33,332 nt of DNA from Catajapyx aquilonaris. Lineage: Eukaryota. Position 1 is the first letter of the stretch, and each line of letters starts with the position of its first letter. A model generated the notes under the pieces. The model had not been told where the DNA came from, searched no databases, and was given only the letters and a program-made list of their open reading frames with translations. The position numbers were made by a program, and so were the translations under genes. The stretch covers positions 62,001 through 95,332 of the forward strand of contig JYFJ02001019.1 of assembly GCA_000934665.2 (NCBI GenBank). The letters run 5' to 3'. Positions 30,837-33,332 of this stretch are shown piece by piece.

Positions 30837-31728
30837 GTTCTACGACTGATTCAGGAACAACTGTGCACGCCAGACAGGACGGAGACAAATCGACAATTCA
30901 GTCGAGATCAACAACACGTAAACGAATCACGACGAATACTAACCAAGGCTATTTCTTGCGAATGCGAATGTTGAAGCATATCTGCCGCAGGGAGCGCTAG
31001 TGGGTAAGGGTACAGTTCGTGCGGACTGGTGGGCGCCGCCATAGCTGCCAGAGGGTGTCACTTCCTCCATGCGACTGCAGCTCCCTCCAGGCCAGACCAG
31101 GCCTCACTCTCCGGCTCGCTCTCCGGCTCGCTCTCCAGGCAAGACGACGTGACTGGAGTGGAGAACCTCCTGCCTCCAGTGGACGGCATGAGAGAAGCGC
31201 ACCCAGTGGAGTGCCCCCGTCCCTCATCCCTGCCCCGGTGGTGATTGAAGCCACTGCCGACTCCGCTCGTAGTTCTTCGGATGCCAGAAATATGACAGCT
31301 ACCCTAGGACATCACACCAACAGATCCAGACTAGGTGACCACACTCTCAGCACGTGAGCACTGGGGGAAGTGCACGTGTCATTGCGTGCTCCGAAGGTCA
31401 AGGTTGCACGCATTGTTATTACAAGGCCACAGAGCACCACAACTTTAATGTTATGACTGCAAGTTTAGGGAGTGATTTCAGACGTCCAGTTGGTCTTAGA
31501 CGGGTGCGGGGGAATCAACTCTTAATAGGATAGTCAAGTTTTGTCCTTTCCATGCACTAACCACTGCAGAAACCCAAACTTTCGGATGATTAGGTGCTTG
31601 CAAACACATGTTGTCATGTGTGCTTTATAATTTTCGATGTAAGTTTCCTTATGAAAGACATTCTATGAGTGGCTTTGCTGCATTTTTGTTTCTCTAAGAC
31701 ATCATGCTTTATTTGAATAGGGACACTA

Positions 31729-32240
31729 AAGTGTGGAAAACCAAACAACGATCTGACGTCATCGTTTCTTACATTGTTGCTTTTTGTTGCTACTGTTTAC
31801 TCATATTGTTCTGTGAGGTTTTTTTAAAAAAATTATCTTTAGCTATTTACCTCCCTGCATCGTCCCGCACGGAGGGAACCTATATTTCATCTGTTGCACA
31901 TAGCATACAAACAGTGTGGGACCTTTAACGTAGCGCCTGGGCCCACGGGCAGGGTGACTGGGAGGGGATGTGCAAGGTGCAAGTGCAATTCTCAAACGGT
32001 ACATTTTGTGAACTCCCCCGGGTGAATTAGCCTGAGGAGATTCCACCCGAAACGAAGCCAGAGACGACCCAACTCTGCACGAGATGAAGGGGGGAATCTC
32101 GGGCTGGGATCGAACCCAGGACCTTAACGTCCGTGGGCGCATATGTTTCCGCAGCGCCACTTCTTCTCCCCTATTGTTCTGTGAGGGTATTTCCATGGAA
32201 ACCTTGATCACGTCAGATTGGCGGTTCGTTTTCCGCACTG
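31729..32240. mobile_element. Degenerate Tc1/mariner-type MITE hosting SINE copy 3
   Basis: Inverted ends agtgtggaaaaccaaacaacgatctgacgtcatc / gatcacgtcagattggcggttcgttttccgcactg; TA flanks. Confidence 0.65.
31819..32171 (-). mobile_element. Full-length tRNA-derived SINE, copy 3
   Basis: Minus strand has A-box tggcgctgcgg, B-box ggttcgatccc and an A-rich tail; 15-bp TSD tattgttctgtgagg (31804-31818, 32172-32186). Confidence 0.9.
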
Positions 32241-33332
32241 TAGCAAGTGCAACCCTCCAGATTTGGGGCAAACCTTTCCAATGAGCGCACTTTAATCCTC
32301 CCATTCTGTTCGTTTTGTTTGGTGGACAGATCTTCTTGTAGTAAATGCCATCTATAGGATGAATGTAGTATATGTATTCCATATAAGAACAGATCCTGAG
32401 GTAATGAAGTGACTGCAAAACTTTGTAAACGGGTCTACATGAAGTGGCTAGAACTAATAGTGCAGATCCACAAACACTTCAGCCCATTTCAGCATTACGT
32501 AATACACTGTGCATGTCAGAAATGAGCTCATGACAAATAGTGGAAATATCGTGGACTCTTGCATATCTTGCCTTAGTTCTTATTAGGTGAGTATGACAAT
32601 CTCTGCAATATTTGAGACAATTCCAGTCATCGTCGTCATACACTATGTCGCATTTCTCACAGCATATCTCAAAAAAATTGATGACAGCAAATAATGAGGA
32701 ATAATTACCTCCTCGTTCCCTTGCATGACCAGATACAAAAATTCGGGAGCACTGGTCAGGTCAGGTGGTCACAGAAATAAGGAGGGGAGGGGTGAACAAA
32801 GTGCAGGCCGGTCAGGCTGGACGGAGTTGTTCCTGCTCACAGGAAAATATGAGGGGCGTTAGGAAATTCTTTACAATTTATTTTTTTGCCACAAATACAG
32901 GGCCCTTGCAGGTCAGCAGATAGGCACTCACAGGCAGGCGTGGTGGACGAGTCGGGAATGACTCGGCTCGCTGTGTGGAAGGTAACCCTGCCCGAGAGTT
33001 TCCTTTCGCCTGCATCAGGAGGGTCTCTGACCCGCACCTTGGAGGCGTCTGGCAACTTAACTTCCAGGGAGACTGCACATGGGCCAGTTTCAAACGTTGC
33101 ACTTGCATCTGTGTCTCCTCCCCAAAAATCCCCATTCCCTTCCCGATGTCCTTTCTCCCTTGCACAGTGTCCGAAGAAAATACAGGGTGTAAATCCTAAG
33201 CGTGTCACCAGAAAAGGGTGGTAGATGGTGCAGGTGTGAGCATTTTTGCATAAGGAACTAGGGGTCGGAAACGCACCCTCACCGAGTTACTCCCCTTTCA
33301 AGTTTGCGTCAGGCAGTGTGCAAGAGGCACAC

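Noticed and set aside
30962..31357. Stop-codon readthrough gene (ATG at 30962 in frame with ORF 31019..31357 across a TAG at 30998)
   Set aside because: No readthrough context or homology is evident; the in-frame arrangement is easily explained by chance in GC-rich DNA.
32085..32171. tRNA gene (A and B boxes), also at 21261-21335
   Set aside because: No proper cloverleaf; the head continues into a shared repeat body with tail and TSD, so it is a SINE.
31843..32418. 191-aa minus-strand ORF
   Set aside because: It runs across a MITE and a SINE with a defined TSD and has no protein-like features.

Overview
Eukaryotic genomic DNA, most likely from an arthropod (organism inferred, not determined), with three intron-containing RNA-metabolism genes. 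(1) The 3' part of a ZNF598 ribosome-quality-control E3 ligase gene (+, four exons 823-5544; the RING exon(s) lie upstream of the window). (2) A complete LUC7L/LUC7L2-type U1 snRNP gene (-, six exons 18012-6183, 375 aa). (3) A complete PRPF31 gene (-, five coding exons 30836-22608, 500 aa). Introns and intergenic DNA are crowded with transposon relics: hAT, Tc1/mariner/pogo and PIF/Harbinger-type MITEs, an internally deleted mariner, truncated RTE and other LINEs with target-site duplications (TSDs), and a tRNA-derived SINE family, often nested two or three deep. The most notable unexplained signal is in a transposon-free part of LUC7 intron 2. It carries 12 sense-strand 5'-splice-site hexamers in about 870 nt, almost all of the intron-strong ('right-handed') class, downstream of a candidate stop-containing acceptor. 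This suggests a U1/LUC7 autoregulatory decoy or poison-exon module. A Tigger-type MITE in ZNF598 also closely resembles mammalian MER2 as I recall it, a possible horizontal transfer. All calls were made by eye; no database searches were run.
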